Notes: generated from the letters alone by a model not told the origin. Counted from the stretch's first letter, positions 39,639-55,345 are shown. The stretch is 64,000 nucleotides of DNA from Octopus vulgaris (GCA_951406725.2 OX597840.1:32984001-33048000); one strand, 5' to 3'. Translations and numbers: made by a program.

Positions 39639-40033
39639 TGCGTTTTGTGTGTGTGAGTGTTTGAATGTGTGTATATAAGTGTGTGTGTGTGTGTGTGTGT
39701 ATGTGTGTGTGCTTGCGTTTTGTGTGTGTGAGTGTTTGAATGTGTGTATATAAGTGTGTGTGTGTGTGTGTGTGTATGTGTGTGTGCTTGCGTTTTGTGT
39801 GTGTGAGTGTTTGAATGTGTGTATATAAGTGTGTGTGTGTGTGTGTGTGTGTGTGCTTGCGTTTTGTGTGTGTGAGTGTTTGAATGTGTGTATATAAGTG
39901 TGTGTGTGTGTGTGTATGTGTGTGTGCTTGCGTTTTGTGTGTGTGAGTGTTTGAATGTGTGTATATAAGTGTGTGTGTGTGTGTGTGTGTGATTGTGTTT
40001 TGTGTGTGTGAGTGTTTGAATGTGTGTATATAA

Positions 40034-40064
<31 letters not shown>

Positions 40065-40110
40065 TGTGCTTGCGTTTTGTGTGTGTGAGTGTTTGAATGT
40101 GTGTATATAA

Positions 40111-40141
<31 letters not shown>

Positions 40142-40185
40142 TGTGCTTGCGTTTTGTGTGTGTGAGTGTTTGAATGTGTGTATAT

Positions 40186-40218
<33 letters not shown>

Positions 40219-40260
40219 TGCGTTTTGTGTGTGTGTGAGTGTTTGAATGTGTGTATATAA

Positions 40261-40291
<31 letters not shown>

Positions 40292-40365
40292 TGTGCTTGC
40301 GTTTTGTGTGTGTGAGTGTTTGAATGTGTGTATATAAGTGTGTGTGTGTGTGTGTGTGTGTGTGC
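38495..40365. repeat. Minisatellite: ~25 units of a constant ~43-bp block plus variable (GT)n
   Basis: gcttgcgttttgtgtgtgtgagtgtttgaatgtgtgtatataa(gt)n repeated. Confidence 0.95.
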
Positions 40366-40457
40366 GTATATGTGTATTGAATGGGTAGTTATTGTTGTGT
40401 GTATGCGTAAGCACATGAAAATATGTGTATCTATCTAACTTTCTCTCTCTATCTCTC

Positions 40458-40498
<41 letters not shown>

Positions 40499-40863
40499 TT
40501 GTACATATATGTGTGTATACACACTCTCTCACACACTCACATGTATATGTACATACATACGTACATACATACATACATACATACATACATACTTACATAC
40601 ATACATACATACATACATACACACTTACATACACACACACATACACGTATTCATATATATACATACATATATATATATACACACACACACACATATATAT
40701 ATAAAGGACAAAAGAAGAGAAAATCATGCAATGAATGCATAATATGTGTGTGTGTGTGTGTGTAGAGGGGGAGTAAGAGGGAGGTACGTATACATATATG
40801 TGCATACATAAACGTATATACGCATATATATATATATATGTATACATACACGCTCACACACAT

Positions 40864-40898
<35 letters not shown>

Positions 40899-41199
40899 CT
40901 CACATGCATACACACACACACAAATATATGTATATATTTAATATGATCTCGGTAATAGGTTTGTAACGTGCATTTCAAAGCTCTTCTGTGGTTATCGGTT
41001 ACCATATGTCATCATACAACAGGAATACTCCTCTTACTGAATATTCATGTAGAAATCCGTTTAGTGTTCTCAAAATACACACACAAAAAAAGTTTTAATA
41101 CAAGAAGATGGATGAACAAGCTTGAATCCAAATCGCAACAATTGTTTCTGTGCATTAGCATCAACCGTTAATAGCTAAGTATTTATATTGTATATATTA

Positions 41200-41570
41200 C
41201 TAGCAGTATCGCCCGGCGTTGCTCGGGTTTGTAAGGGAAATAACTATAAAGCATTTTTAGAGAGTTATAGCCAAAAAATTGGGAAAAAATGATGGTAAAT
41301 TTTTTTTTAGTTAAAAAGGTCGATGTGCGTCCCCTAGACAGTCTGTGGTTTGTGTTTCTGATTCTCGACCCCATGTCGAATTTATCGATTTTTTTCAGAA
41401 CTGGGGGAACTTTTCAAAATTTTCGCTGCGTTAGTTTTGAATTATGACATTGGGCTATGTGTGTGTCAAGTTTCATCAGAATCGGTTGAAAGCCGTGGTC
41501 AGGGTGAGGGTACAAGCAAACAGACACACAGAAACACACACAGACAAACTGCCGTTTATATATAGAGAGA
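41200..41570 (-). mobile_element. Non-autonomous Helitron with the shared 3' end and a different 5' half
   Basis: A|TCtctctatatataaa start; hairpin and CTAG|T end. Confidence 0.78.
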
Positions 41571-41968
41571 TTATAGCTTGTATATGCACGACATCAGGTG
41601 AGTGGCTTTGAGAGCACTATTGGATCACGTATACTTTCCCATTGTTTTTCACACACACACACATATATATCTCACGTGATAACGTGGCCGACCATGCTAT
41701 CAGATGTTGCTACATATCGCTAGTCACAATGCGCTTCGCATTGTTTTAGCCACCCCGCTGGCTAAGCGAGCAGGCCAACAGAAGAAAGAGAGAAAGATAT
41801 TTTTACTATAAGACTTAAATTTCTCCGTGGTCGACTTTGCCTTTCAACCTTTCGGGGTCGATAAAGTAAGTATCAGCTGAACACTAGTATACCCCCCCAG
41901 CCCCACCCCACCCCACGCTGCCCTTTTAGCAAAAATTTGAAATTATTATTATTATAAGATACTTGTAA

Positions 41969-42553
41969 GGTTGTGGGCTGGCTAAGTCGTTAGCACGCCG
42001 GGCGAAGTGCTTTGTATTTCGTCTGCCGCTATGTTCTGAGTTCAAATTCTGCCGAGGTCGACTTTGCCTTTCATCCTTTCGGGGTCGATTAAGTAAGTAC
42101 CAGTTACCTACTGGGGTCGATGTAATCGACTTAATCCGTTTGTCTGTCCTTGTTTGTCCTCTCTGTGTTTAGCCCCTTGTGGGTAGTAAAGAAATAGGTA
42201 TTTTGTCTGTCGCTAGGTTCTGAGCTCAAATTTCGCTCAGGTCTACTTTGCTTTTCATTCTTTTGGGGGGTCGATATATTAAGTACCAGTTACGCACTGG
42301 GGTCGATATAATCGACTTAATCCGTTTGTCTGTCCCTGTTTGTCCTCTCTGCGTTTAGCCCCTTGTGGGTATTAAAGAAATAGGTATTTCGTCTGCCGCT
42401 ACGTTCTGAGCTCAAATTCCGCTCAGGTCGACTTTGCTTTTCATTTTTTCGGGGTGTCGATTAAATAAGTACCAGTTACGCACTGGGGTCGATGTAATCG
42501 ATTTAATATCTCCTCCTAAAATGACAGGCCTTGTGCTTACACTAGAAAGGATT
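41969..42553 (+). mobile_element. SINE-B head-to-tail trimer; last unit has an alternative tail
   Basis: Junctions gaaata|ggtattt at 42196/97 and 42382/83; terminal ggccttgtgcttacactagaaaggatta. Confidence 0.88.
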
Positions 42554-42900
42554 ATATGACACTCCCCGCAAGAATTCATCAAATTCACGTGATTTCACGT
42601 CGTCATCATCATCACGTGAATTCACGTAAATTCATGGAATTCGTGAGAATTTTTTTAATTCAGAACCGCTACGATTGTTTCGACTGATCACGCACCTGCA
42701 CTTTACTGGTGAAATGTTACACGTTACATTAGCATGCATAAATATGTAAGCGCGTGTATTTGTATGTGCGTCTGTGCATTTTACGTGTTTGTATGTTTCT
42801 CTGTGTGTATGTGCGTGAAAGAGAGCGAGTGAGAGGAAGAGGAAGAGAGGGGAAAGAGAGCGAGAGAGAAAGAGAGATGTATATATATATATATATATAT

Positions 42901-43860
<960 letters not shown>

Positions 43861-43869
43861 TATATATAT

Positions 43870-43942
<73 letters not shown>

Positions 43943-44033
43943 AGAGAGATGTGTATAAGATGTGTGTGTGTGTGTATACACATCTCTCTGAGATATATAT
44001 ATATATATATATATATCAGAGAGATGTGTATAT

Positions 44034-44066
<33 letters not shown>

Positions 44067-45060
44067 CGTACCTTCCCGTTATATACGTATATATATATAT
44101 ACGTGTATGTTCATCCGTGTATGTGGGTGCGTGCCTTCGGTAAGTAGTTTTAGATAGTTACAAGTCCTTTCCGCTTTTACGCATAGTAAACGGTCAACAA
44201 GGTCATTTTCACACGATTACCATCTTTTACACACACACACATACCAATTCACCACTACCACCACCACCATCGTAAACCATTATCACCTCTTTCTCTTCCT
44301 TTCTCATCACCCATCCTCCGTCGCCATCTCCGTTAGGGTGTTTCCTCGTCACGTGACAGGTCACACTCACTTTGACCTGTCATGGCGTCTATACATATAT
44401 ATATAAATATATTTAAGTGTCCATCTTGTTTTATGGACTGTTCTGTGTGAATTTTATTTCTCTTGTTAGTGGCTGTTTTATTTCGTTTTAATTTGATTAT
44501 CTTGGCTTTCATTGTTGTTGTTGTCGTTGTTGTACTCGTGTTAGTTTTGTCTGTTTATTATTTATGGTCTATTTCGTTTGTTTTTGTAGGGTTTTTTTTT
44601 TTATTTCTCGAAGCATGTCTAACTCGTCTGCGTGTGTGTGTGTGTTCCCCTACGTCGCTTCAGTTCTCGACCCCCAGAATTATGTAGATTGTTTTGTTTT
44701 CCCTTGTTGTTTTTCCGCTTGCTAGTGTAAACACTGTGCGTGTGTGTTTGAAAAAGAGACAGACAGACAGACAGAGAGACAGAAATAGAGTGGGGTGAAA
44801 GAGAGAGGGAAGAGAAATGAGGATAAGAGCAAGAGATAGTGTCACAAAATAATGGCCCAACGAGTGTGTTTGTTTTCGTTTATCTGTTGTTGCGTAGTGT
44901 AAATATGTGTATACGAGTTCGAGTGAGTAAAAGAGAGAGAAAGAAAGAAAGAGAGAAAAAGCAAGAGAGAGAGAGAAAGAAAGAGAGAGAGAGGAGAGAG
45001 AGACAGACACAGATTGAGAGGAAAATGAGGACGAGAGCGAGAGCATCACAAAATAGTAAT

Positions 45061-45676
45061 CGGTGCTACATAAGAAGAGTGGTCCCGGTGCGCGCACTCA
45101 CATACTCGCGCATCCGCGCTAGCTAGTCGTGACTAGTCGATCCTTACTTAGTGTTTTTGTGTGTTATTTACTTTACTCTTTTACTTGTTTCAGTCATTTG
45201 ACTGCGGCCATGCTGGAGCACCACCTTTAGTCCAGTAAATCGACCCCAGGACTTATTCTTTGTAAGCCTAGAACTAATTCTATCGGTCTCTAAATTACGG
45301 GGACGTAAACACACCAGCATCGGTTGTCAAGCGATGTTGGGAGGGACAAACACAGAAACACAAACATACACACACACATATATATACGACGGGCTTCTTT
45401 CAGTTTCCGTCTACCAAATCCACTAACAAGGCTTTGGTCTGAGGCTATAGAAGAAGATACTTGCCCAAGGTGCCACGCAGTGGGACTGAACCCAGAGCCA
45501 TGTGGTTGGTAAGCAAGCTACTTACCACACAGCCAATCCTACGCCTATGTAAAAAAATGAATTATTTTGTGTTTTATTTACTTCGCTAGGTAGTCGTTGT
45601 AGGATCGACTAGTCACGACTAGCAAGCGCGAGTACGCGAGTGCGCGCACCGGTACCACTTCTTTTAAGTAGTACCA
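45061..45676. mobile_element. MITE (family of 21425-21688) with a nested minus-strand SINE-A at ~45170-45545
   Basis: Matching GC-rich TIRs at both ends; SINE-A in the AT-rich centre. Confidence 0.85.
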
Positions 45677-46692
45677 TAATGGTCTACCGTATGTATGTTT
45701 GTTTTCTATCTGTAAATATTAGTGTGATTGTATGTGTGTGTGTGCATGCGTGTATGTGTGTGTGTGCATGATTGTGTGTGCGTGTGTATGTGAATGCTTT
45801 TGAGAGAGACTGCCAGAGAGAGAGAAAGATGAGTGTGAGAGCAAGAGATAGTGTCACAAGATAATGGCCCGCTGAGGGGTGGGTGATGTTTGTTTTTCGT
45901 CTTTTTGCTTGTGTCAATACGATTGCGTGTGCGTGTATGTGTGTCAGAGCGAGAGAGAGAGAGAGAAAGACAGAGATACAAATAGAGAGAGAAAGAGAGA
46001 AGGACAGAGACACAAATAGAGAGAGAAAGAGAGAGGAAGAATTGAAGGTGAGAGATAAAGATAGAACCCGAAGATAATGGCGCACCGAGTGAGTGTGTTG
46101 TTTGTTTTTCTTTTGTTTACTAGTGCAGATATGTGCGCATGGCTGTGTGTGTATCTGTGTGTGCGCGTGTGTGTGTGTGTGTGTGCAAGTATCTGTGAAT
46201 ATGTGAGAGAGAGACAGAGAGATAGAAAGAGATGACTAAGGAAGAGAGAGTGAGAGAGAGAGAGAGAGATAGTGTCGCAAAACGATGTCCCGCCACCGCG
46301 CTTCTGTTGGCGCGTTCAAGTAATTCTTTATTCGAATGTGTTTACAGCTTACCACGGAAGCAAACAGTATGTTGGAGGGGGATGAGGAGGAGAGAGGGGA
46401 GAAGGGTGAGGAGGAGGAAGAGGGGGAGGAGGAGGGAAGACGGGGGTGGGGGAGAACAGCTGAGTCGACTGAAGACGACAGTTAAGTTTGTGTCAACACA
46501 TCGAATGAAACGGGGCATTTCAACAAGCTAACTAGTAACCTATGTGTGTGTAAGGTGGGAGTAAACTACTGCTATGTCTGACAGTCGAGTATCCACCACT
46601 GAGGACGGACCAAAATGGGGTCGAAGTCACGTGATCTGATGATCTCCGAGCTCAAAGAGTAGGAAATTATCACCCCACTTGCTGTATATATA

Positions 46693-47119
46693 GGCGCAGG
46701 AGTAGCTGTGTGGTAAGTAGCTTGCTTACCAACCACATGGTTCCGGGTTCAGTCCCACACTGCGTGGCAACTTGGGCAAGTGTCTTCTACTATAGCCTCG
46801 GGCCGACCAAAGCCTTGTGAGTGGATTTGGTAGACGGAGACTGAAAGAAGCCTGTCGTATATATGTATGTATATATATATATATATACATGTATGTGTGT
46901 GTATATGTTTGTGTGTCTGTGTTTGTCCCCCCACCATCGCTTGACAACCGATACTGGTGTGTTTATGTCCCTGTTACTTGGCGGTCCGGCAAAAGAGACC
47001 GATAGAATAAGTACTGGGCTTACAAAAGAATAAGTCGCGGGGTCGAGTTGCTCGATTAAAGGCGGTGCTCCAGCATAGCCGCAGTCAAATGACTGAAACA
47101 AGTAAAAGAGTAAAAGAGT
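46693..47119 (+). mobile_element. SINE-A full copy
   Basis: Head to gtaaaagagtaaaagag tail. Confidence 0.9.
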
Positions 47120-47568
47120 ATATATATAAAATAAAATACAAAATGGGACAAGAACGCAAAACACCCGGACAACTAGGTGATACAAAAAGGGACAACAAAA
47201 CATCCAGATAGACGATACGGAAAGAACAAGGACAAGTCATTCGAAGCCTTTTATCTTCAGTCAAGAACCGGATCATCCTCGCAATTTCGGCTGGTTAATC
47301 TTGAGATTGCTCCAATCTGGCCAACCCCAAGGGAAAACTAGGCTAAGAACATTGGCAGAAAGCATCGAATGTATACGAAAACATATCGAGTGCGAAGCGT
47401 ACTGAATAACATGCTGGAAGAAGCATCCTCCTGGGGTTAAAATATCAGTATCGTCTGTTCTTATAGAACGCTCACGTTTAGGTGGCGATAAACACACACA
47501 CACACACACACACACATGTATTTGATTAATGAGAGAGACGGAAGACTGAGGATGCGAGAATGTTTATT

Positions 47569-47658
47569 AATCACTACGACTGCTTCGACCCATCTAGCAT
47601 CGATCTCACAACTGGTTTAGGAGCATCCGTCACCGTAGATGTATCTCTTCAGGTGATT
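47569..47658 (-). ncRNA. Hammerhead motif with extended stem II and one core substitution
   Basis: aatcac-CTGAAGA-[gatacatct...agatgggtc]-GAAG-cagtc-GTA-gtgatt; 6-bp stem I. Confidence 0.55.
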
Positions 47659-47934
47659 ACAAAATGTATCTCATTAAAATAACCACTGTTCCGCAAGATA
47701 TATTCTCGGTTTGTGTGTAGAAAAGCAACATATTAAGGGATAAGAGTTCCATTTTTATAGAAGATTCATAATAAACAACAGACGCAATTAAGGCGCAGGC
47801 CTAGTTGTGTGGTAAGAAATCTTTCTTCTCAACGACATCGTTTCGGATTCAGTCCCACTTCTATAACCAAGCCATTGTGAGTAGATTTGGTAGACAGAAA
47901 CTGAAAGAAACCCGGCGTATATATATATATATCT

Positions 47935-48272
47935 GAGACCCCCTTCGGTCACGACACAGACCATGGGATTGCACCTAGAAAGTTAACCTCCTAGACACAA
48001 GTCCAAGCAAGGTTGTTTGTGGAAGGCTGGCCATCACCCATGCATACTGGCCTCCCTTCTCCACGCCACTGATGTTATCCAAGGGAAAAGCAAAGGGGTC
48101 GATACAGCTTGGCACCTGTGACGTCACAACTCATTTCTACAGCTGAGTGAACTGGAGCAACGTGAAATAAAGTGTCTTGCTCAAGAACACAACACGCAGC
48201 CCGATCTGGGATTCGAGCTCACAACCTCACGATCGTAAGCCCGACGCTCTAACCACTGAGCCATGCGCCTTC
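47935..48272 (-). mobile_element. tRNA-derived CORE-type SINE
   Basis: Minus: ggcgcaTGGCTCAGTGGttagagc...gctcgaatcc, then ttcttgagcaagacactt..cactcagctgta. Confidence 0.8.
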
Positions 48273-48283
48273 ACCATATATGT

Positions 48284-48334
<51 letters not shown>

Positions 48335-48585
48335 AGTGTGTATACAGTGTAAAACACGTAAGAGGTATCCATCATGGGATTCCTTTCACGCTAGAAGGAA
48401 CAGCTAAAGTCCAAACCACTCGAAGGGATAAAAACTCGAAGGGAATGAAAAATAAAAATATTTACCATCAATCTCCTGGACCATGGTTCCAGTCTTTTTT
48501 AGTAAATAGAATAATTTGCGAATATCATCATCATCATCATCATCATCATTATTATTGTTATTATTATTATTATCATCATTATCAC

Positions 48586-48638
<53 letters not shown>

Positions 48639-48811
48639 ACCATCAAGCAACAATCATTAATCATTAATAATCAATCATTATTCATCAATCATCAATCACT
48701 ATCATCATCATCATAATCATCATCATCATTATCGTCGTCATCATCCTCATTATTAACATCATCATCATCATCATTATTATTATTATTATTGTTATTATCA
48801 TTATTATTATT

Positions 48812-48980
48812 GAGTGAGAGAGCAGTGCATGCCATCCAAGTGACACTGGGATAAAATATACGAAGCCCAGTATACCCATCATGACTACCCGTCTGATAAG
48901 GGTACACTAGGCACATGCATCACAACCACATGTGCGCGACATGATGATCTCATTTCAAGATAAACAGCGCATGACCTTGC
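48812..48980 (-). mobile_element. Probable LINE 3' end with (AAT)n tail; short homologue at 28236-28272
   Basis: gagagagcagtgcatgccatc.aa.gtgaca directly next to trinucleotide arrays at both loci. Confidence 0.5.
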
Positions 48981-49034
48981 TAGGCGAAATCTTCATCAAC
49001 ATGATGAAGACTTCTCAAATTATTCTATTTGCTA

Positions 49035-49385
49035 AAAAAGTCTAAAACCATGGTCCCGTTCACTCTGGCCATTCTTGCAACATTCACCCACCTTTTAACA
49101 AAATTGCTAGGAGGCAACACTTCTCTGCCGTCTGCGTATTCCGACACGGTCCTTCCATATCCTAGTTCGCACGGAATGCCTCTCAACGCCTCCAACTTCC
49201 ACCGTAGTGGTTCTAGAGCTAATACATATGAAAGTGTTAGAGGCGACACCCTTGATGAACCGAAGGGCATGATGTTGAATGGTACCGATTGGTGGTCATT
49301 CACCGGAACTACTGAGCAGAGGTCACTACATTGCAGCGATCCAACCACGGAAAATGAAACCAAAACCGGCCGACGCGAGAACGTA
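49035..49385 (-). mobile_element. Internally deleted Tx1 remnant
   Basis: SPL..SYVLALEPL...VSEYAD (RT) fused to FVKRWVNVARMARVN (C-terminus). Confidence 0.75.
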
Positions 49386-49438
49386 ATAACAATGAGAGTA
49401 GTAATAGTAGTAGTAGTAGTAGTAGTAGCAGCAGCAGC

Positions 49439-49496
<58 letters not shown>

Positions 49497-49992
49497 ATAG
49501 TCGTGGTGGTAGTGGTGGTGGTGGTGGTGGCAGTGGTGGTAGTGGTGGTGGTGGTGATGATGGTGGTGGTGATGGTGGTAGTAGTAATAATAGTAGTAGT
49601 AGTTGTTGTTGTTGTGGTGGTGGTGGTAGTAGTAGTGGTGGTGGTGGTGGTGGTGATGATGGTGGTGGTGGTGGTGGTGGTGGTGGTGGTGGTGGTTGTG
49701 GTGGTGGTGGTCGTCGTCGTCGTAGTAGTAGTAGTCGTGGTGGTGGTGGTAGTGGTAGTGGTGGTGGTGATGGTGGTAGTAGTAATAATAGTAGTAGTAG
49801 TTGTTGTTGTGGTGGTGGTAGTAGTGGTGGTGGTGGTGATGATGGTTGTGGTGGTGGTGGTGGTGATGATGGTGGTGGTGGTGGTGGTGGTGGTGGTCGT
49901 CGTCGTCGTCGTAGTAGTAGTAGTAGTAGTAGCAGCAAATTTTCTGTCTAATAAGAAGAATGTAATTACAATACAGATACAGAAATAAATAA

Positions 49993-50056
<64 letters not shown>

Positions 50057-50504
50057 GAGAAAGAAAGAAAGAAAGAAAGAAAATACATAGAATAAATAAA
50101 TAAATAAAAAAAAACACATAAACAAACAAATAAGCAAACAAACAAATAAATAGATGGAAATGATTTTTTATAAAAGGGGAAACTGTAATGATACAAAATG
50201 GCGTCCCTGATTCGTTACACCTGCGGTGACACTTCCGGTACGAGGTTGTTTATTGTTGTGAAGGATGAGATATATACTCCTGATATCAGCAGAATAGAAG
50301 AAAGATGAGGAAAAAATAAAGAAGCTGAGTGGTATTTCTTCTTCTTTGTTTTTTTTTTCCTGATTTTCTTTACTTTTTCTTTCTTTCTTTCTTTAGCTGA
50401 ATACAGATCTTAATCAAACATAGCCTCTTAATCTAACATATTTTACTTATCTATCCATCTATTTATCTTTCTAGTTGTCTGCCTGTTTGCTCTCTGTCTG
50501 TTTG

Positions 50505-50555
<51 letters not shown>

Positions 50556-50565
50556 GTCTGCCTGT

Positions 50566-50667
<102 letters not shown>

Positions 50668-50786
50668 GTCTCTCTGTCGCTCTGTCTGTCTATCTATCTA
50701 TCTATCCATCCATCCATCTATCTAATGTATCTATCTACCTACCTATCTATCTATCCATCCATCCATCCATCCATCCATCTATCCAC

Positions 50787-50819
<33 letters not shown>

Positions 50820-50998
50820 CATCCATCCATCCATCCATCCATCCATCCATCCATCCATCCATCCATCTATCTATCTATCTATCTATCTATCTATATATAT
50901 ATATATATATATATATCAGTCTATCTGTCTCTCTGTCGCTCTGTCTGAATATTCTGTCAGCAATTATTCATATCTCTATACATACGCATGCACACACA

Positions 50999-51074
<76 letters not shown>

Positions 51075-51436
51075 AAATTAAAAAACGAAGCTTAAACTTC
51101 CTTATACTTTATTTCCTTGTCTTTCATAACTTCTCCTCCCGACGGCATTTCACAAGGCAGACATTGACTCATTCTGTCCTCTAGCCGTGTTGATTGAGAC
51201 ACACCAACACAATATTGTTGTCAGTCCCACTGTCCGGCAGGTAGATCATGTGCTTTTTTCTATATCCCTAGGACGTCTAAGGCCTGTGAGGCATCGTCCA
51301 CCATGTTGACCAGTCGTTCTCAAAGTGGATGGTACTGCACCCCTTGGGGTGTGGAAAGATTCAGGGGGCGTTGGAATGATAAGTGGGGTGAGAATGGGTG
51401 ACCAAAATTGTAAAAACAAACAAAATATGGGTTAAT

Positions 51437-51900
51437 TACTCTCTTTTACTCTTTGACTTGTTTCAGTCATTTTACTGTGGCCATGCTGGAGCACCACCTT
51501 TAGTCGAGCAGATCGACCCCAGGTTCCGGGTTCAGTCCCACTGCGTGGCACTTTGGGCAAGTGTCTTCTACTATAGCCTCGAGTCGACCAAAGCCTTGTG
51601 AGTGGATTTGGTAGACGGAAACTGAAAGAAGCCCGTCGTATATATGTATATATATGTATGTATATACATATGCATGTGTGTGTATATGTTTGTGTGTTTG
51701 CGTTTGTCTCCCCAACATCGCTTGACAACCGATGTGTTTACATCCCCGTAACTTAGCGGTTCGGCAAAAGTGACCGATAGAATAAGTACTAGGCTTACAA
51801 AGAATAAGTCCTGGGATCGATTTGCTCGACTACAGGCGGTGCTCCGGCATGGCCACAGTCACATGACTGAAACAAGTAAAAGAGTAAAGAGAGAGTAAAG
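51437..51900. mobile_element. Inverted SINE-A fusion: minus-strand tail (51437-51521) joined to a head-truncated plus-strand copy
   Basis: Junction cgaccccag|gttccgggttcagtccc. Confidence 0.8.
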
Positions 51901-52464
51901 AATTTGTATTCTACACACGGAAATTCATAAAATTATACAAGAAAAAAAATTTGGTTCGTGATTTAATGCCTATTTAGCTGTTATTTTTAGCACATCTCAC
52001 AATCATATCATACCTCATGTATTTTAAGCATTTAATAAGCGATCAATGACCACGTGGGTAAGCAGCTTGGTAACAGTTTGGCTTGTTACTATGGAAACTG
52101 ATACCTATGTGTCTGTGGATTTCGACTGGCTAAAAATACTCAAAAGTTGCAAACTTTAAAAACTATCAACTTTTTTATTTACCGAGTGTTGTGTCCACGC
52201 CCCCAGATGATGAAGTAGGCTAGTCCAATACGTAGACATAGAGGGAGAAGTTTAGACGTCGGAGAGTTGAATAGAGGTCATCCGAACGTGCCATATAACA
52301 CTGAGTTATCGCGAAAATGAATTTCATGTCAATGATTATCATGCAAAACAACATCAATACATCAAATACGAAATCAATTGGAACAAAAATTGAAGAAATT
52401 GAGAAGTGGTAGCCAAACAGAAAAGATCTTTGCTGTTGTGGATGTTGTAGTAGTAGTAGTTGCT

Positions 52465-52520
<56 letters not shown>

Positions 52521-53000
52521 TATTGTTGTTGTTTAGCTCCTAAATCAGCCTTTCTGCAACACACACGACGATCAAATGCATTTCGGTTATTGAGCATCAC
52601 GCCTTTTCGGGAGTGAGCAGAACCACATTGTCGAAAAATGTTCAGTCTCTACACGAAACGGAAACACGTATCTTTGGGAGGGAAATTGTGGTTGTTTTTT
52701 CTAGCAGTTTCAACGACCACATTGTGGGCATTCCTTGCTGATTCGTCACAGTCAACACAGAGTACGAAGAGGCTAAAAAACACAGAATTTTGTTTGCTTC
52801 AACCCGATTCCAAAAAGAACCCAAAAAACAAATGACGGACTGGGGAAATATTTTATTTTTCCTTGTCTCTTCCTTTAAGAAAAAAAAATAAGAAGGGGTG
52901 ACAGAAAAACCCCATAAAAACAACACGGGATTCCTTGTTCTTAGTATTTACACATCTGAAGTTACTGAGATGAAAACGAGGCTATAAAGGGTTATTATTA

Positions 53001-53114
<114 letters not shown>

Positions 53115-53382
53115 TTATTATTATTATTATTGTTATTATTATTCGGGTTGGTGGGGTCGGGATGTAGTGAACCCCTAGGATAGGGTTTCTGTAGACAATG
53201 TGCTGACAGTGTATATATCTGGGGAAGGGGGGAAATCACTCCACAGCAACCCGCCCACCCTCACACACTGACACGCAAACACGCACTGATACACATACAC
53301 ACATACACACACGCGCGCGCGCGAATATACACAGGCCAATTCTTCGAATTTCAGAGCGTTTCTTATTTAGGATAACGGACAG

Positions 53383-53473
<91 letters not shown>

Positions 53474-54527
53474 ATTGATAAAAAAAGCACCCTTTTCCCC
53501 CCAGCTATTACCAATATAAACATAGTTTTTTCACCTAGACTATCAAAAACCACTTTCGCTACCACCACCACCACTATCATCATCACCACCGCCATCATCA
53601 ACACCACCACAACCACCACAGCCGACACTACAAGACATATGCTACCACTGCTATTCCCCCAAAACCATCATCACCCGCAGAACCACCACAACCACCAACA
53701 ACACGCCACCGATTCTACCACAGCCATCGCCACCACCACCGCCATCATCATCACTACCACGACCACCGCCGCCCCGCCGCCCCGCCGCCACTACCTTCAC
53801 CATCACTACAATCAACACCAACACCACCAGTGCAATCATCGCCACCACCATCACCACTAATACCACCACCATCACCACCACCACCTTTATGACCACTACC
53901 ATCACCACCACCACCATCACCACCACCACCATCACCACCACCACAACTATGATAACCATTACTGTCTCCTCCGCTACTACCACTACCATCACCTCCACCA
54001 CACCACCATCACTATTGCCACTACCACCACCACCACCACCACTAACACCAACATCATCAACAACAGCTTGACAACCAAAACCAGCTACAACCTTAGCAAC
54101 GCCACCATCACCACCACCACCACCTTCAACAACATCACCGAAACCACAGCCTCCATCGCGAACAAAAGCGCCACCATCATAATCACCAACATTAGTAACT
54201 CCCAAATCACCAAGCCCCTCTACAATCACAACGACCATACACACCACCACCACCACCACCAACACTAGCAGACGCCCATTACCAACACCAACGCCCCCCT
54301 ATGCCTTAACCGCTATCGTTGGCAACGGTATTAACAACACACCTAGCACCTACGACACTTTAGCTAGTTCAATCCCGGCTGCCTTCCAGTCACTTGCCTT
54401 GAAGCAGTTATCCAACCATTGTCGTCAGATTTAAAAAAAGAAGTTCTGCTATTGTCATTGACTGTCGACAACAGAAGACTATCACTATAAGAAGACCGAC
54501 CCTCCAAACGCGCATAAACTCGTGTGG

Positions 54528-54900
54528 TTACATACATACGTAAATTCATGTATACATACATACATACATACATGCATACATACATACATACATGCATACA
54601 TACATACATACATTCATACATACATACATACATACATACATACATACATACATACATGCATACATACATTCATACATACATACATACATACATACATACA
54701 TACATACATACATTCATACAAACATACATACATACATACAAACATACATACATACATACATACATTCATACATACATACATACATTCATACATACATACA
54801 AACATACATACATACATACATACATACATACATACATTCATACATACATACATACATACATACATACATACATACATACATAAATACATACATACATGCA

Positions 54901-54931
<31 letters not shown>

Positions 54932-54973
54932 CATACATACATACATAAATACATACATACATACATACAGGCA

Positions 54974-55004
<31 letters not shown>

Positions 55005-55034
55005 AATACATACATACATACATACATACATGCA

Positions 55035-55065
<31 letters not shown>

Positions 55066-55175
55066 CATACATACATACATACAAACATACATACATACAT
55101 ACATAAATACATATATACATACATACATACATACATACATACATAAATACATACATACATACATACATACAGGCA

Positions 55176-55206
<31 letters not shown>

Positions 55207-55314
55207 CATGCATTACATACATACATACATTCATACATACATACATACATACATACATAAATACATACATACATACATACATACATGCATTACATACATA
55301 CATACATACATGCA

Positions 55315-55345
<31 letters not shown>

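Noticed and set aside
38464-40416. 643 and 650 aa His/Thr-rich ORFs
   Set aside because: Translations of the (GT)n minisatellite; open in several frames with no coding signature.
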